DNA from: Mustelus asterias
Lineage: Eukaryota
Direction of reading: 5' to 3'
NCBI RefSeq assembly: GCF_964213995.1
Contig: NC_135827.1
Coordinates: forward strand, 30,876,001-30,940,000
DNA length: 64,000 bases
Shown piece after piece: positions 1-11,867 of this stretch; the first letter of the stretch is position 1, and the number at the start of each line of letters is the position of its first letter. Below the pieces are notes generated by a model. That model was not told where the DNA came from. It saw nothing but the letters and a program-made list of their open reading frames with translations, and made no database searches. A program made the translations under genes and the position numbers.

Positions 1-151
1 TGTTATGCGTAGGGAGCTTTCAACAGACCATCCGGGGCTGAACAGACCAATTTTAAAATGAGTTACATGAATTTCATTTGCATTTGATAAGGCGACCCTG
101 CTAGCAGAGTCTGTGGACGGGATTTTACGTCATTGCTCAATTACGTAAAAG

Positions 152-667
152 AGCGGGAGGGCAATAGTTATTGGGGACTCGTTAGTTAGAGGGATAGATA
201 GGAGGTTCTGTGGCAGCAAAAGAGACTCACGGATGGTATGTTGCCTACCGGATGCCAAGGTCCGTGACGTCTCAGACCGTGTTTTCCGGATTCTGAAGTG
301 GGAGGGGAAACAGTCACAAGTCGTGGTACACATTGGTACCAATGACATAGGTAAGAGAAGGGACGGGGATTTAAAGCAGGAATTTCTGGAGCTGGGCTGG
401 AAGCTGAGAGCCAAGACAAAACATGTGGTCATCTCTGGTACGTTGCCGGTGCCACGTGATAGCGAGTTGAGGAACAGGGAGAGAGTGCAGTTAAAAATGT
501 GGTTGCAGGGATGGTGTAGGAGGGAGGGTTTCAGATACGTGGATAATTGGAACACATTCTGGGGAAGGTGGGACCTGTACAAACAGGACGGGGTGCACCT
601 GAACCAGAGGGGCACTAATATCCTCGGAGGGAAATTTGTTACGGCTCTTCAGGGGGGTTTAAACTAA
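152..667 (+). pseudogene. CR1 ORF1 C-terminal esterase (SGNH) domain, 5' truncated
   Basis: AIVIGDSLVR, VVHIGTND, DGVHLN motifs. Confidence 0.9.
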
Positions 668-726
668 TTTGTCAGGGGAGTGGGAAAAGGGGTTGTAGTC
701 CAGAAGTCAGTGAGGGTGGTGAGGTA

Positions 727-3542
727 TTGGGGAAGGTATCAGGGTCAAGGGTGGGTGGGTTGAAGTGTGTCTACTTCAATGCAAGGAGCATCCGGAACAA
801 GGTAGATGAACTTGGGGTGTGGATTGGTACTTGGGTCTACGATGTTGTGGCCATTACGGAGACGTGGGTAGAACAAGGACAGGAATGGTTGTTGGACGTT
901 CCAGGGTATAGATGTTTCACTAAGTGTAGGGAAGCTGGTAAAAGAGGTGGAGGAGTGGCATTGTTAATCAAGGATAGTTTAACGGCTGCGGAAAGGCACT
1001 TCGAGGGGGATCTGCACACTGAGGTAATATGGGCTGAGGTTAGAAATAGGAAAGGAGCGGTCACGTTGTTAGGAGTTTACTATAGGCCCTCAAATAGTAA
1101 TAGAGATGTGGAGAAAGAAATTGCTAAGCAGATTATGGATATGTGTGGGGGTCACAGGGTAGTTGTCATGGGGGACTTTAACTTCCCAAATATTGATTGG
1201 AACCTTTGTAGGTCAAATAGTTCGGATGGGGCAGTTTTTGTGCAGTGTGTGCAGGAGGGTTTCCTGACACAATATGTGGATAGGCCGACAAGAGGTGAGG
1301 CCACATTGGATTTGGTACTGGGAAATGAACCGGGCCAAGTGTTAGATTTGGTTGTGGGAGAGCACTTTGGAGATAGTGACCACAATTCGGTGTCTTTTGT
1401 TATTGCAATGGAGAGGGATAGGGCCGTATGGCAGGGCAAGGTTTACAATTGGGGGAGAGGTAATTATGATGCGATTAGGCAAAAATTAGGGGCATAAGTT
1501 GGGAACAGAAACTGTCAGAGAAAGGAACTAATGAAAAGTGGAACTTTTTCAAGGAACAAATACTGGATGTCCTTGATAGGTATGTCCCTGTCAGGCAGGG
1601 AGGAAATGGCCGAGTGAGGGAACCATGGTTCACGAAAGAGGTGGAATGTCTTGTGAAAAGGAAGAGGGAAGCTTATGTAGGGATGAGGAAACAAGGTTCA
1701 GATGGCTCGATTGAGGGTTACAAGTTAGCAAGGAATGAGCTGAAAAAGGGGCTTAGGAGAGCTAGGAGGGGACACGAGAAGTCCTTGGCGGGTCGGATCA
1801 AGGAAAACCCCAAGGCTTTTTACTCTTATGTGAGGAATAAAAGAATGACCAGGGTGAGGTTAGGGCCGGTCAAGGACAGTAGTGGGAACTTGTGTATGGA
1901 GTCAGTAGAGATAGGCGAGGTGGTGAATGAATACTTTTCTTCAGTGTTCAACAAGGAGAGGGGCCATGTTTTTGAGGAAGAGAAGGTGTTACAGGCTAAT
2001 AGGTTGGAGGAAATAGATGTTCGGAGGGAGGATGTCCTGGCAGTTTTGAATAAACTGAAGGTCGATAAGTCCCCTGGGCCTGATTAAATGTATCCTAGGA
2101 TTCTTTGGGAGGCAAGGGATGAGATTGCAGAGCCTTTGGCTTTGATCTTTGGGTCCTCACTGTCCACAGGGATGGTGCCAGAGGACTGGAGAATGGCGAA
2201 TGTTGTTCCTCTGTTTAAGAAAGGGAATAGAAATGACCCTGGTAACTATAGACCGGTTAGTCTTACTTTGGTGTTTGGTAAATTGATAGAAAAGGTCCTT
2301 AGAGATGGGATTTACGACCATTTAGAAAGATGCGGATTAATCCGGGATAGTCAGCACGGATTCGTGAAGGGCAAGTCGTGCCTCACAAATTTGAAAGAAT
2401 TTTTTGAGGAGGTAACTAAGTGTGTTGATGAAGGTAGGGCAGTTGATGTCATATACATGGATTTTAGTAAGGCGTTTGATAAGGTCCCCCATGGTCGGCT
2501 TATGATGAAAGTGAGGAGGTGTGGGATAGAGGGAAAGTTGGCCGATTGGATAGGTAACTGGCTGTCTGATCGAAGACAGAGGGTGGTGGTCGATGGAAAA
2601 TTTTCGGATTGGAGGCAGGTTGCTAGCGGAGTGCCGCAGGGATCAGTGCTTGGTCCTCTGCTCTTTGTGATTTTTATTAATGACTTAGAGGAGGGGGCTG
2701 AAGGGTGGATCAGTAAATTTGCTGATGACACCAAGATTGGTGGAGTAGTGGATGAGGTGGAGGGCTGTTGTAGGCTGCAAAGAGACATAGATAGGATGCA
2801 AAGCTGGGCTGAAAAATGGCAAATGGAGTTTAACCCTGATAAATGTGAGGTGATTCATTTTGGTAGGACTAATTTAAATGTGGATTACAGGGTCAAAGGT
2901 AGGGTTCTGAAGAATGTGGAGGAACAGAGAGATCTTGGGGTCCACATCCACAGATCTCTAAAGGTTGCCACTCAAGTGGATAGAGCTGTGAAGAAGGCCT
3001 ATAGTGTGTTAGCTTTTATTAACAGGGGGTTGGAGTTTAAGAGCCGTGGGGTTATGCTGCAACTGTACAGGACCTTGGTGAGACCACACTTGGAATATTG
3101 TGTGCAGTTCTGGTCACCTCACTATAAGAAGGATGTGGAAGCGCTGGAAAGAGTGCAGAGGAGATTTACCAGGATGCTGCCTGGTTTGGAGGGTAGGTCT
3201 TATGAGGAAAGGTTGAGGGAGCTAGGGCTGTTCTCTCTGGAGCGGAGGAGGCTGAGGGGAGACTTAATAGAGGTTTATAAAATGATGAAGGGGATAGATA
3301 GAGTGAACGTTCAAAGACTATTTCCTCGGGTGGATGGAGCTATTACGAGGGGGCATAACTATAGGGTTCGTGGTGGGAGATACAGGAAGGATATCAGAGG
3401 TAGGTTCTTTACGCAGAGAGTGGTTGGGGTGTGGAATGGACTGCCTGCAGTGATAGTGGAGTCAGACACTTTAGGAACATTTAAGCGGTTATTGGATAGG
3501 CACATGGAGCGCACCAGGATGATAGGGAGTGGGATAGCTTGA
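727..3542 (+). pseudogene. CR1 ORF2 (endonuclease + reverse transcriptase), broken by one frameshift (~1490) and one stop (2085-2087)
   Basis: YFNARS, TETW, GDFN, SDH (APE); PGPD, NYRPVSL, DFSKAFD, GVPQGSVLGP, FADD (RT). Confidence 0.95.
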
Positions 3543-4059
3543 TCTTGGTTTCAGATAAAGCTCGGCACAACATCGTGGGCCGAAGGGCCTGTTCTGTGCT
3601 GTACTGTTCTATGTTCTAACCCAAGACTGGGAAATCCCGCCCGAGGTCAACAGACCTTCCCACTGTCCACCCACCGCTCACCTGCTCCAATTCCCGTGGT
3701 GGGCGGGACGGTAGAATTCCGGCATGTGGGTCTGCTGAGACAATGGCTTCCCAAACACCAGCCCCTCAACCCACATGCACCCCTTTCAACCCATAATGCC
3801 CGAGACATTGTCAGTCTTGAAAACAAAGCCAATCCCAGGTGTTGGATAAACATCCTTTTTTGAGGTGACAATCACCCAAGGTCACATCACCCAATACACT
3901 GGCCTTTTGAGCAGTTTAATATTACCTCTCTGAGCTGTACAGGCAACCTGCTTTTAACATCCATTTGGTAGGTCACACAGAAACCAGTTATGTCCAGGCT
4001 GGATCATCGGGCCAACTAGGCCGACTCTACTGGAAGATTTTGTATCATCACTTACACAG

Positions 4060-4445
4060 GAATTAGGAGCGGGAGTGGGCAGTTCAGCCCTTTGAGTCTG
4101 CTCTGCCATTTAACATGGTTATGGCTGATCTTATCCTACTCTCAACTCCACTTTCCTGCCTGCTCCCCATCACTCTTCATCCCGCTTTTCATCAGAAATA
4201 TGTCTATCTCTCTCTTGAACCTGTTGATTGATTCTGCCTCCACTGCGCTCTGGGGCAGAGTTCCACAGACTCACAACCCTCAGAGTAGTTGCTTCTCATC
4301 TCAGTTTTGAATCTACCTCCTCTCACTCTATATCCATGACCTCTTGTTCTAGACTCTCCCACAAGAGGGGGTGGGGGGGGGGGGGGCGGGGAGACATGTT
4401 TAATGTCCACCTTATCAATCCCCTTTAGCGTTTTATATACCTACA
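4060..4445 (-). mobile_element. CR1 3' end fragment
   Basis: minus-strand ESRTRGHGYRVRGGRFKTEMR, the CR1 ORF2 C-terminus. Confidence 0.75.
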
Positions 4446-5366
4446 GAACCGAAGTCATCTCTGTGTACCTTGAAACATCATCACCATCTGAAGAAGCAAA
4501 TCTTAAAACACCGGTCACTAGCCAGCCAAGCATTGACGGTCTACGTGAAAGATTCCCCACTGGGTGCTGACTTTGGAAGCCTGGAACTTGCGTGAATCAA
4601 TATTCATTTTCTCTTTGGTCTTTGTGCTGTAAACCTCCTTTTCGCTATCCCACCCTTTTGCCCACACCGTGTATGTGTCCTGACCCTAGCCCATTTTTAT
4701 CTCGAGTGGGAGACCACTGCATTTAATACAGAATTAGGCTTCCACTTCAGGTCAAGGGTGAAAACTCCTTGTACCTTATGTTACAGACAAGAGGGGAGCA
4801 GTTCAAACGTCACTGACGCAAATGCGCTGAGAATGGCAGGGCGAATGAGAGGAAGAGACAGCGTCAGCTATTGCCTTTCCATCAAATAATGGAGACTTTC
4901 TGGTACTGGTTATCAAAGCATTTGGTGTTTTACAAGAACAGGAGTTTACGCCACGCAAGAATTTATTATTCTGCTGAGGAACGGGAATTTGACAAACTGT
5001 TACTTCCTGGTAATGATAGTCTGCTGCAATATCCTGAGATAACTCGCCCTCAGGGGCAGTCAAAGGATAATTAGAAGGCATTCTCTGTGGTCGTGGAAGC
5101 TTACGGATTGACTGGAAAGGATGAGCTTTTTAGAAGCAGCAGAAATTTGCACAAGACGTTTGAAATGCAGGAGATGCTTCAACAAAACATACACGGCACG
5201 GCTGCGATTCCCCTCTGCCCACAGTTCACTAGCTTGCCGACACTCACCAATCAACTGTCACAAGCGATGGCCATTTAGTGCCCACGGAATGCTAAACTAC
5301 AAAGGAAACAATATCCCAGAACATAAAGGGGGGGAAAAAAACACAATGAAAACTTGTAACAATTTG

Positions 5367-5372
5367 TTTATT
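5367..5372 (-). terminator. TRAPPC4: candidate TRAPPC4 polyadenylation signal AATAAA
   Basis: tttatt on + strand, ~170 nt past the stop codon. Confidence 0.55.
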
Positions 5373-5540
5373 CCCCATATATACAGATTACAATTCTTTG
5401 CCTGCATTACGCTTCCCTTGGATTCAGGGTTCTGGTCCATAAGAGTTTACATTTCCAAAACCTTTGAATATTAACAAAATATATACATAGCAACCAAATA
5501 CACCAAGCACTCGGAAGATCAGACAGCCTCCCAGATGAGA

Positions 5541-5619
5541 TCAAGATCCCGCTCCAAAAGTTCCAGCCTTCTCTGCGATCTCCAAAGCCACTTTCAAATT
5601 CTGTTCAAACAGGTCGCAC
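5541..5619 (-). CDS. TRAPPC4: TRAPPC4 exon 5 (last coding exon)
   Basis: cgcag acceptor; (R)[25 protein letters not shown] (TGA); 79 nt. Confidence 0.95.
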
Positions 5620-5732
5620 CTGCGGATAAAAGACAGTTCTAAATACAAAATAGATCAAGGGAATTATTTCAAATTCAACTACACCGTTTCAACCAATAAC
5701 CCACAATCGAGTAAATACTCATGTCGTGATCT

Positions 5733-6030
5733 GGGCGGCACGGTAGCACAGTGGTTAGCACTGCTGCCTCACAGCACCAAGGACCTGGGTTCGATTCCCG
5801 GCTTGGGTCACTGTCTGTGCGGAGTCTGCACGTTCTCCCCGTGTCTGCATGGGTATCCTCCGGGTGTTCCGGTTTCCTCCCACAGTCCGAAAGACATGCT
5901 GATTAGGTGCATTGGCCATGCTAAATTCTCCCTCAGTGCACCCGAACAGGCGCCCGAGTGTGGTGACCAGGGAATTTTCACAGCAACTTAATTGCAGTGC
6001 CTACTTGTGACTGATAAATAAACTTCAACT
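5733..6030 (+). mobile_element. HE1/V-SINE-type tRNA SINE, tail type ii
   Basis: A/B-box head gggcggcacggtagcacagtggttagc...gggttcgattcc, V-domain, tail ...gtgactgataaataaactt. Confidence 0.85.
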
Positions 6031-6222
6031 TTGAACCACCCTCAACTGATTCTCAGCTATTTCTAACCTGCAGGCATCTGGTAAAGAGGTCAGCAAAAAA
6101 GAGACAATGTTTAATTCCACCAGTTTTCCTGGCAAAGTCTTTTAAATATCTCCCTAGATTGAGAATTTACCGCAGGGAAGAACTAATGGTATGGAGCAAA
6201 TTAAAGTTCTTACATCAATAGA

Positions 6223-6512
6223 TTAGAGCCCTTGTGGTGCAGTGGGTAATACCCCCGTCTCTGAGCCAGAAGCTTCAGGTTCGAGTCCCAGCCCAGGACT
6301 TGATGGCCAAGGAAGGTGCATTCAGAACACGGCCAAAAGATCAGCCTCCCAACACGCTAGTGGCCGGCGGGAAGAGCAGCAGAGGCCCCTGGTCAGCCAT
6401 GCTTGTTGCTCAGTGGCATCCGTCAAGCTACCAGCCTCTGGCGAATTTGCTGTGGGAGCAGATTAAACTCTGCCTTGTGCACCACCTGGTGCAGGACATG
6501 AAGCAACATCAT
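6223..6512 (+). mobile_element. tRNA-derived SINE of a different family, (CAT)n tail, 10-bp TSD
   Basis: A box tggtgcagtgg, B box ggttcgagtcc; TSD catcaataga at 6213-6222 and 6513-6522. Confidence 0.7.
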
Positions 6513-7189
6513 CATCAATAGAAATTAAACATCCACTTTAAACCTTGTTACTTAGGACGGTGATTCCCAATTGGCGTTTGCGATGCTCGGTGCAGATGTT
6601 GAACTCTCGTACCATTCCAAAAGGGAGATTTGAGCCAAAATGTTCTTTTGACAGGTTCTCATGCACGGATTAGATAATACACTGAAGCATCACTGCAGTC
6701 TCACCTACATAGGTTCTTTGTAAATTGAGGTTTATGGAATTCTCCTGATTGTCATATAAACAAATTAGGAGGCCACTCGGCCCCTTGAACCTGCTTCCAC
6801 CATTCATTATCTAATTTTAATCTCAACTTCACATTCCCGCCTACCCCAATAACCACTTGCCCCTTTGGATTCTTTGGCAGATTCTTTGGATATCTATCTA
6901 CTTCTGCCTTAAAGATATCCAAAGAATCTGCCTCACTCACTTTCAGAGGAAGACCATTCCAAAGACACTCAATCCTCATCAGAAAAATCCTCATCTGACT
7001 TAAATGAGCGACCCCTTACTCTGGCCCTGGTTCTAGATTTTCCCCACGAGAAACATCCTTTCCACATCCAACCCATCAAGTTCCCTTAGGGTCTCATATG
7101 TTTCAATCAAGTCACCTCTTACTCTTCCAAATTCCAGCAGATACCAGCCTAACCTGTCGAGCCTTTCCCACCCATTCCATGTATTCTTC

Positions 7190-8415
7190 AAATAAAAGCA
7201 AATTACTGCGCATGCTGGAATCTGAAACCAAGAGAGAAAATGCTGGAAAATCTCAGCCGGTCTGGCTGAGGGCCCTCAACAACATGCGGTCCATCTCCCG
7301 TGCCACGACCCTCACCCCCTCCCCTCCCTCCCAGAACAAGGACAGAGTCTCCCTTGTTCTCACATTTCACCCCCACCAGCCTCCGCATGCTAAACATAAT
7401 CCTCCCCCATTTTCACAAAGTCCAACGTGATGCCAGCACCAAACACATCTTCCCTTCACTTCCTCTGTCAGCATTCCGCAGAGACCATTCCCTCTAGAAT
7501 AACCTGGTCCACTCCTCCACTATACCCAACATCTCTCCCGTCACTCATGGCACCTTCCCATGCAATCGCAGAGGGTGTAACACCTGCACCTTTACCTCTT
7601 CCATGCTCACCATCCAAGGTCCAAAACACTCATTCCAGGTTAAGCAGTGTTTCATTTGCACCTCTTTCAATTTGGTCTATTGCATTTGCTGCTCCCAATG
7701 TGGTCTCCTCTATATCGGAGAGACCAAGCGTAGACTGGGTGATCACTTTGCTGAGCACCTTCGGTCTGTGCGCAATCAGGACCCTGACCTTCCCGTTGCT
7801 TGCCATTTTAACACACGATCCTGCTCCCATGCCCACATGTCCGTCCTTGGCCTGCTGCAATGTTCTAGTGAAGCTCAACACAAACTGGAGGAACAGCATC
7901 TCAATTTCTGGCTAAGCACTTTACAGCCTTCTGGTCTCAACATCGAATTCAACAACTTCAGATGATTAGCTCCATCCCACCTCAATCCTTTTGTTTTCAT
8001 TTTATTTAATTTTTAAACCGTTATCTACCTTTTATTTCTTTATTGTCTTTCTTTATTTCTCCCCCCCACACTCTTTCCCCCTATTTTATCCCCCATTCCT
8101 TACCTTTTCTCCCCCTATCTTAATTTTACCTCTCTCCCATCCACCTCCCCATCTGTCACAGTTTACCCTCTTAATTTCAGCTTCTCTGCCGTTTGACTAT
8201 TCTCTCTATGGACTGCCATTAGCACCTCAGTCTTTCCCCTTGTTTCTGTGGCGATGACTCATCTTTCATTCCCTCACCCTGCAGTATAAATATCTCCCAC
8301 TTTGTGCCTTTTAGCTTTGATAAAGGATCACCTGGACTTTGACACATCAGCTCTTTTCTCTCCTTACAGATGCTGCCAGATCTGCTGAGATTTTCCAGCA
8401 TTTTCTCTTTTGGTT
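7190..8415 (+). mobile_element. Penelope-like element (Neptune type), 3' part with an inverted pLTR segment at 7190-7266
   Basis: RVSLVLTFHP, Cys-rich linker GTFPCNRRGCNTC, GIY-YIG domain; the left segment contains the reverse complement of the 3' terminus. Confidence 0.9.
7603..7965 (+). pseudogene. Penelope GIY-YIG endonuclease domain
   Basis: LVYCICCSQCGLLYIGETKRRLGDHFAEH...VACHF...EE...GLN. Confidence 0.9.
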
Positions 8416-8779
8416 AATCAAGTAAACCTTCTCTGAAGTGCTTCCAATGTATTTACATCTTTCTTTAACACAAGGAACCAATACTGCACACAGTACTCCA
8501 GATGTGGTCTCACTAATACCTTGTATAACTGAAGCATAACCTCCTTACTCTTGTATTCAATTCCCCTCGCAATACACAACATCATTCTATTTGGCTTGCT
8601 AATTATTTGCTGCACCTGCACACTGACTTCTTGCAATTATGCACTAGGACACTCAGATCCCTCTGCATCCTCCATTTAGATAATATACTTTGTTTGTCCT
8701 GTCAAAACAGACAACCTCACACTTTTCATTCTCCAGAAACTAATCTTGATCATTTTGCAGCCTCCTATGTCCATTTTCA

Positions 8780-9150
8780 AAAAAATAATGTTCAGGGATA
8801 TAGGCATCAGTGGCTAGACCAGCATTTATTGGCCATCCCCAATTCCCCTTGAATGGAGTGGTTTGCTAGGCCATTTCAGAGTCAACCACATTGCTGTGGG
8901 TCTGGAGTCATATGTAGGCCAAACCAGATAAGAATACCAGATTTCCTTCCCTAAATGGACATTAATGAACCCAGATGGGCTTTTATGACAATCGACAATG
9001 GGTTCATGGTCATCATTAGACTTTTAATTCTAGAGTTTCTGAATTCAAATTTCACCATCTGCTGTGGTGAGATTCGAACTGGGGGCCTTAGAGTATTGCC
9101 TTGGGTCTGTGGATTACCAGCCCCAGTGATAATACCACTATACTATCCCC
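8780..9150 (-). mobile_element. tRNA SINE, third family (also ~22615-23295 minus, ~36625-36710 plus partial, ~54818-55238 plus)
   Basis: shared body gatgaccatgaa.ccattgtcgattg and tail gggatgg.caataaatgctgg in several copies. Confidence 0.75.
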
Positions 9151-10164
9151 TCCCCATTCACAACTTATTTTTCTACCTATCTTTGTATTATCAGCAAATT
9201 TAACAACCATACCATTGGTATAAATTGTAAAGAGTTGAGGTCCCAGTATACACCACTCGTCATATTCTGCCAACCAATAAAAGGACCTATTTATGCCTAC
9301 TCACTGTTTACAGTTCGCTAGTCAATCTTCTATCCATGCCAATATGTTACCCCGACACCATGAGTTTTTATTTTCCATAATAACTTTTGACAAGGCAACT
9401 TATCAAATGCCTTCTGAAAATCTAAGTAGAGTTCCCCTGTATTCACAGCACCTGAAACTTATTTTTAAAAAACACATTACTTTATCTTCATTCAGGTTGC
9501 ACCATATCAGGTACTTCTGCACTTGAGGGAGAGCAAGTTGCTATTTAGGCTGTCAAAACAGGTTGTCCCACCGTCCCAGAAAAGCACAACACCCCGAAAA
9601 CTACAACGACAATGTAGACTTGCATTCGCATGCAATCATCAAGTGAACAAATGTGCCAACCTTTTAAGTTCAGTAGCAAATATAGTCTCTACCTATTGAG
9701 CATCCTGGATAGCCCACCTGGCATCAGGGCAAGACCCTCCCCAGGTCTCTGCTAATTCCACTCAAGTGAGTCACAGCAAGTCTATGTATAGCTCCTCAAA
9801 ACTTCCCTTCCCTGTGGTAGCGCCCAGCACCTATTTGGCACTTACTCCAAAGCAGCAGGGTTTATTTTCTCAAAGAGACGTGTTAACAGTGGGCAAAGCT
9901 AAAAGGCAGAAAATAAGCCCCACTGTCATTAGGAAAGAGAGAACAGGTGGCATGTTAAAGGAGCAGTGCAGCAGGCAAAGGCAGTGAATCCAACTATTGT
10001 TGACGCTGTGCTACTTCTGTCTTGGTTTAGTGTAAAATTCATCCCAGAGGTAGTTTTACCTGAAGCTGATGCCTAGTTTATAATCAAACAGCAAGCTGAC
10101 CAAATACACTGATGTGGGTCCAAATCTACAGATCGGTGGCGAACTGGTGTTTATTTATTTATAG

Positions 10165-10400
10165 TTTATTTGTCACAAATAAAGTTGACGTTCACACTGC
10201 AATGAAGTTACTGTGAAATTCCCCTAGTCACCACTCTCCGGCACCTGTTCGGATCAATACACCTAACCAGCATGTCTTTGGACTGGGAGGAAACCCACGC
10301 AGACACGGGGAGAACGAGCAAACTCCACGCAGACAGTGACCCAAGCTGGGAGTCGAACCCGGGTCCCTGGCGCTGCGAGTGCTAACCACTGTGCCACCGG
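10165..10400 (-). mobile_element. HE1/V-SINE, tail type ii
   Basis: reverse complement of the SINE consensus seen elsewhere in the window. Confidence 0.8.
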
Positions 10401-10467
10401 TGTCTTTTCCAAGGTACAAAATCTGGACACTACAATTCTTTATTCACACCAAGTGTTACAGCCTTAC

Positions 10468-10594
10468 CTGATAGGCATCTCGAGAGAGTAGAACGGATTT
10501 TTAAGAGCAAAGTCTGAATAAATTTCATAAATCTTCCGGAGGAGAGAATCAATGCCAGCCTGTCGAGGGTCGGCCAACACGATGAACTTAATTC
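10468..10594 (-). CDS. TRAPPC4: TRAPPC4 exon 4
   Basis: AG/GTAAG flanks; (G)[41 protein letters not shown](R); 127 nt. Confidence 0.96.
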
Positions 10595-11302
10595 CTTTAA
10601 CAGTGAAGAACAAAAAAAAAAATTAAACACAGGACAAGCAATCAGAATAACTCACTCTAAAGGGCAACTTCAGCCCATAAGCCATAAATAAGCTACGAGT
10701 TACAAGAACTGCTTGTTACTCTATTGAGAATCCAGTCAGAATGGAACATGACTGTTATTGATTCTCAACCACATTACACTTCATCACTTTCCACCGCACA
10801 GAGTCACTGAATGCTGCAGCACAAGAGGCCAAGGTAGAGGGTTATAGGTAAGCCTAGTAGGTAGGGACATGTTCGGCGCAACTTGTGGGCCGAAGGGCCT
10901 GTTTGTGCTGTAGCTTTTCTATGTTCTATTTGGCCCATCATACTCGTGACAGCTCTTCAGTAGATATATCCATTAATCCCACTCCTCTGCTCTTTCCCCA
11001 TATTCCATAATTTGTTCCCCCTTCCAAGTATTTAACCAATTTTCTTTTGAAAGTCACCACCGAATCTGCTGGCTGCTACCAATTCAAACTGCGAGTTCCA
11101 GCAGCTCACCAAATAAATAAAGCAGAATTTCAAAGCTTATGGGACGGTTTGATTAATGTTTTCAAGATATTAAAAGGAGAACAGATAGTAGACAGAGAGA
11201 CAATGTGGGGGGGGGGGAGAATCTAGGACTGGGGACACAGTCTAGAGTAAGAAGTCTCACAACACCAGGTTAAAGTCCAACAGGTTTATTTGGTAGCAAA
11301 TA

Positions 11303-11339
11303 CCATTAGCTTTCGGAGCGCTGCTCCTTCGTCAGATGG
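11303..11339 (-). ncRNA. minimal type-I hammerhead ribozyme motif
   Basis: CCAU-CUGACGA-A-GGAGC agc GCUCC-GAAA-GC-UA-AUGG. Confidence 0.75.
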
Positions 11340-11563
11340 AATGGAAATGTGCTCTCAAACAGGGCACAGAGACACAAAATCAAGTTACAGAATACTGATT
11401 AGAATGAGATTCCCTACAGCCAGCCAGGTCTTAAAGGTACAGACAATGTACAAAGGTACAGACAACCTTTAAGACCTGGCTGGCTGTAGGGATTCACATT
11501 CTAATCAGTATTCTGTAACTTGATTTTGTGTCTCTGTGCCCTGTTTGAGAGCAGATTTCCACT

Positions 11564-11600
11564 CCATCTGACGAAGGAGCAGTGCTCCGAAAGCTTATGG
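11564..11600 (+). ncRNA. minimal type-I hammerhead ribozyme motif
   Basis: CCAU-CUGACGA-A-GGAGC agu GCUCC-GAAA-GC-UU-AUGG. Confidence 0.75.
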
Positions 11601-11867
11601 TATTTGCTACCAAATAAACCTGTTGGACTTTAACCTGGTGTTGTGAGACTTCTTACTGTGTTCACCCCAGTCCAACGCCAGCATCTCCACATCATGACAC
11701 AGTCTAGAGTCAGACCTTTCAGGAATGACATTAGGAAGTCTCTTCCACAAACAGCAGTTAACACTTGATCAATTATTAGCTCTAAATCTGAGATTGACAA
11801 GGTTTTTGTTAACCAAATGTATTAAGGAATTTGGGTCAAAGACGAGTATATGAAAGTAGGTATGGAT

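Larger units (their letters stand above)
151..3618 (+). mobile_element. CR1-clade LINE, near full length (5' truncated in ORF1), young
   Basis: SGNH-esterase ORF1 end, then APE endonuclease + RT ORF2; 3' end ...gggccgaagggcctgttctgtgctgtactgttctatgttcta typical of CR1. Confidence 0.95.
115..3723. mobile_element. short MITE-like element split by the CR1 (pieces ~115-140 and ~3619-3723)
   Basis: imperfect terminal inverted ends ggacgggattttac / gtagaattccggc flank the CR1. Confidence 0.35.
6755..9440 (-). mobile_element. old CR1 RT fragment split by later insertions (pieces ~6755-7190, ~8416-8715, ~9160-9440)
   Basis: [29 protein letters not shown] on minus strand. Confidence 0.7.
11249..11695. 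mobile_element. Penelope-derived foldback element, family A, with two hammerhead motifs
   Basis: ~190-bp inverted arms, ~35-nt unpaired tail, TSD gacacagtctagagt at 11234-11248 and 11696-11710. Confidence 0.85.

Noticed and set aside
4803-5474. Cluster of short ORFs past the TRAPPC4 3' end; checked as SLC37A4 terminal exons, which synteny would suggest
   Set aside because: No resemblance to the SLC37A4 C-terminus or any protein I recognise; no convincing splice structure.
6225-6300. tRNA-like sequence
   Set aside because: Poor acceptor stem, continues into a body and tail with a TSD; treated as a SINE.
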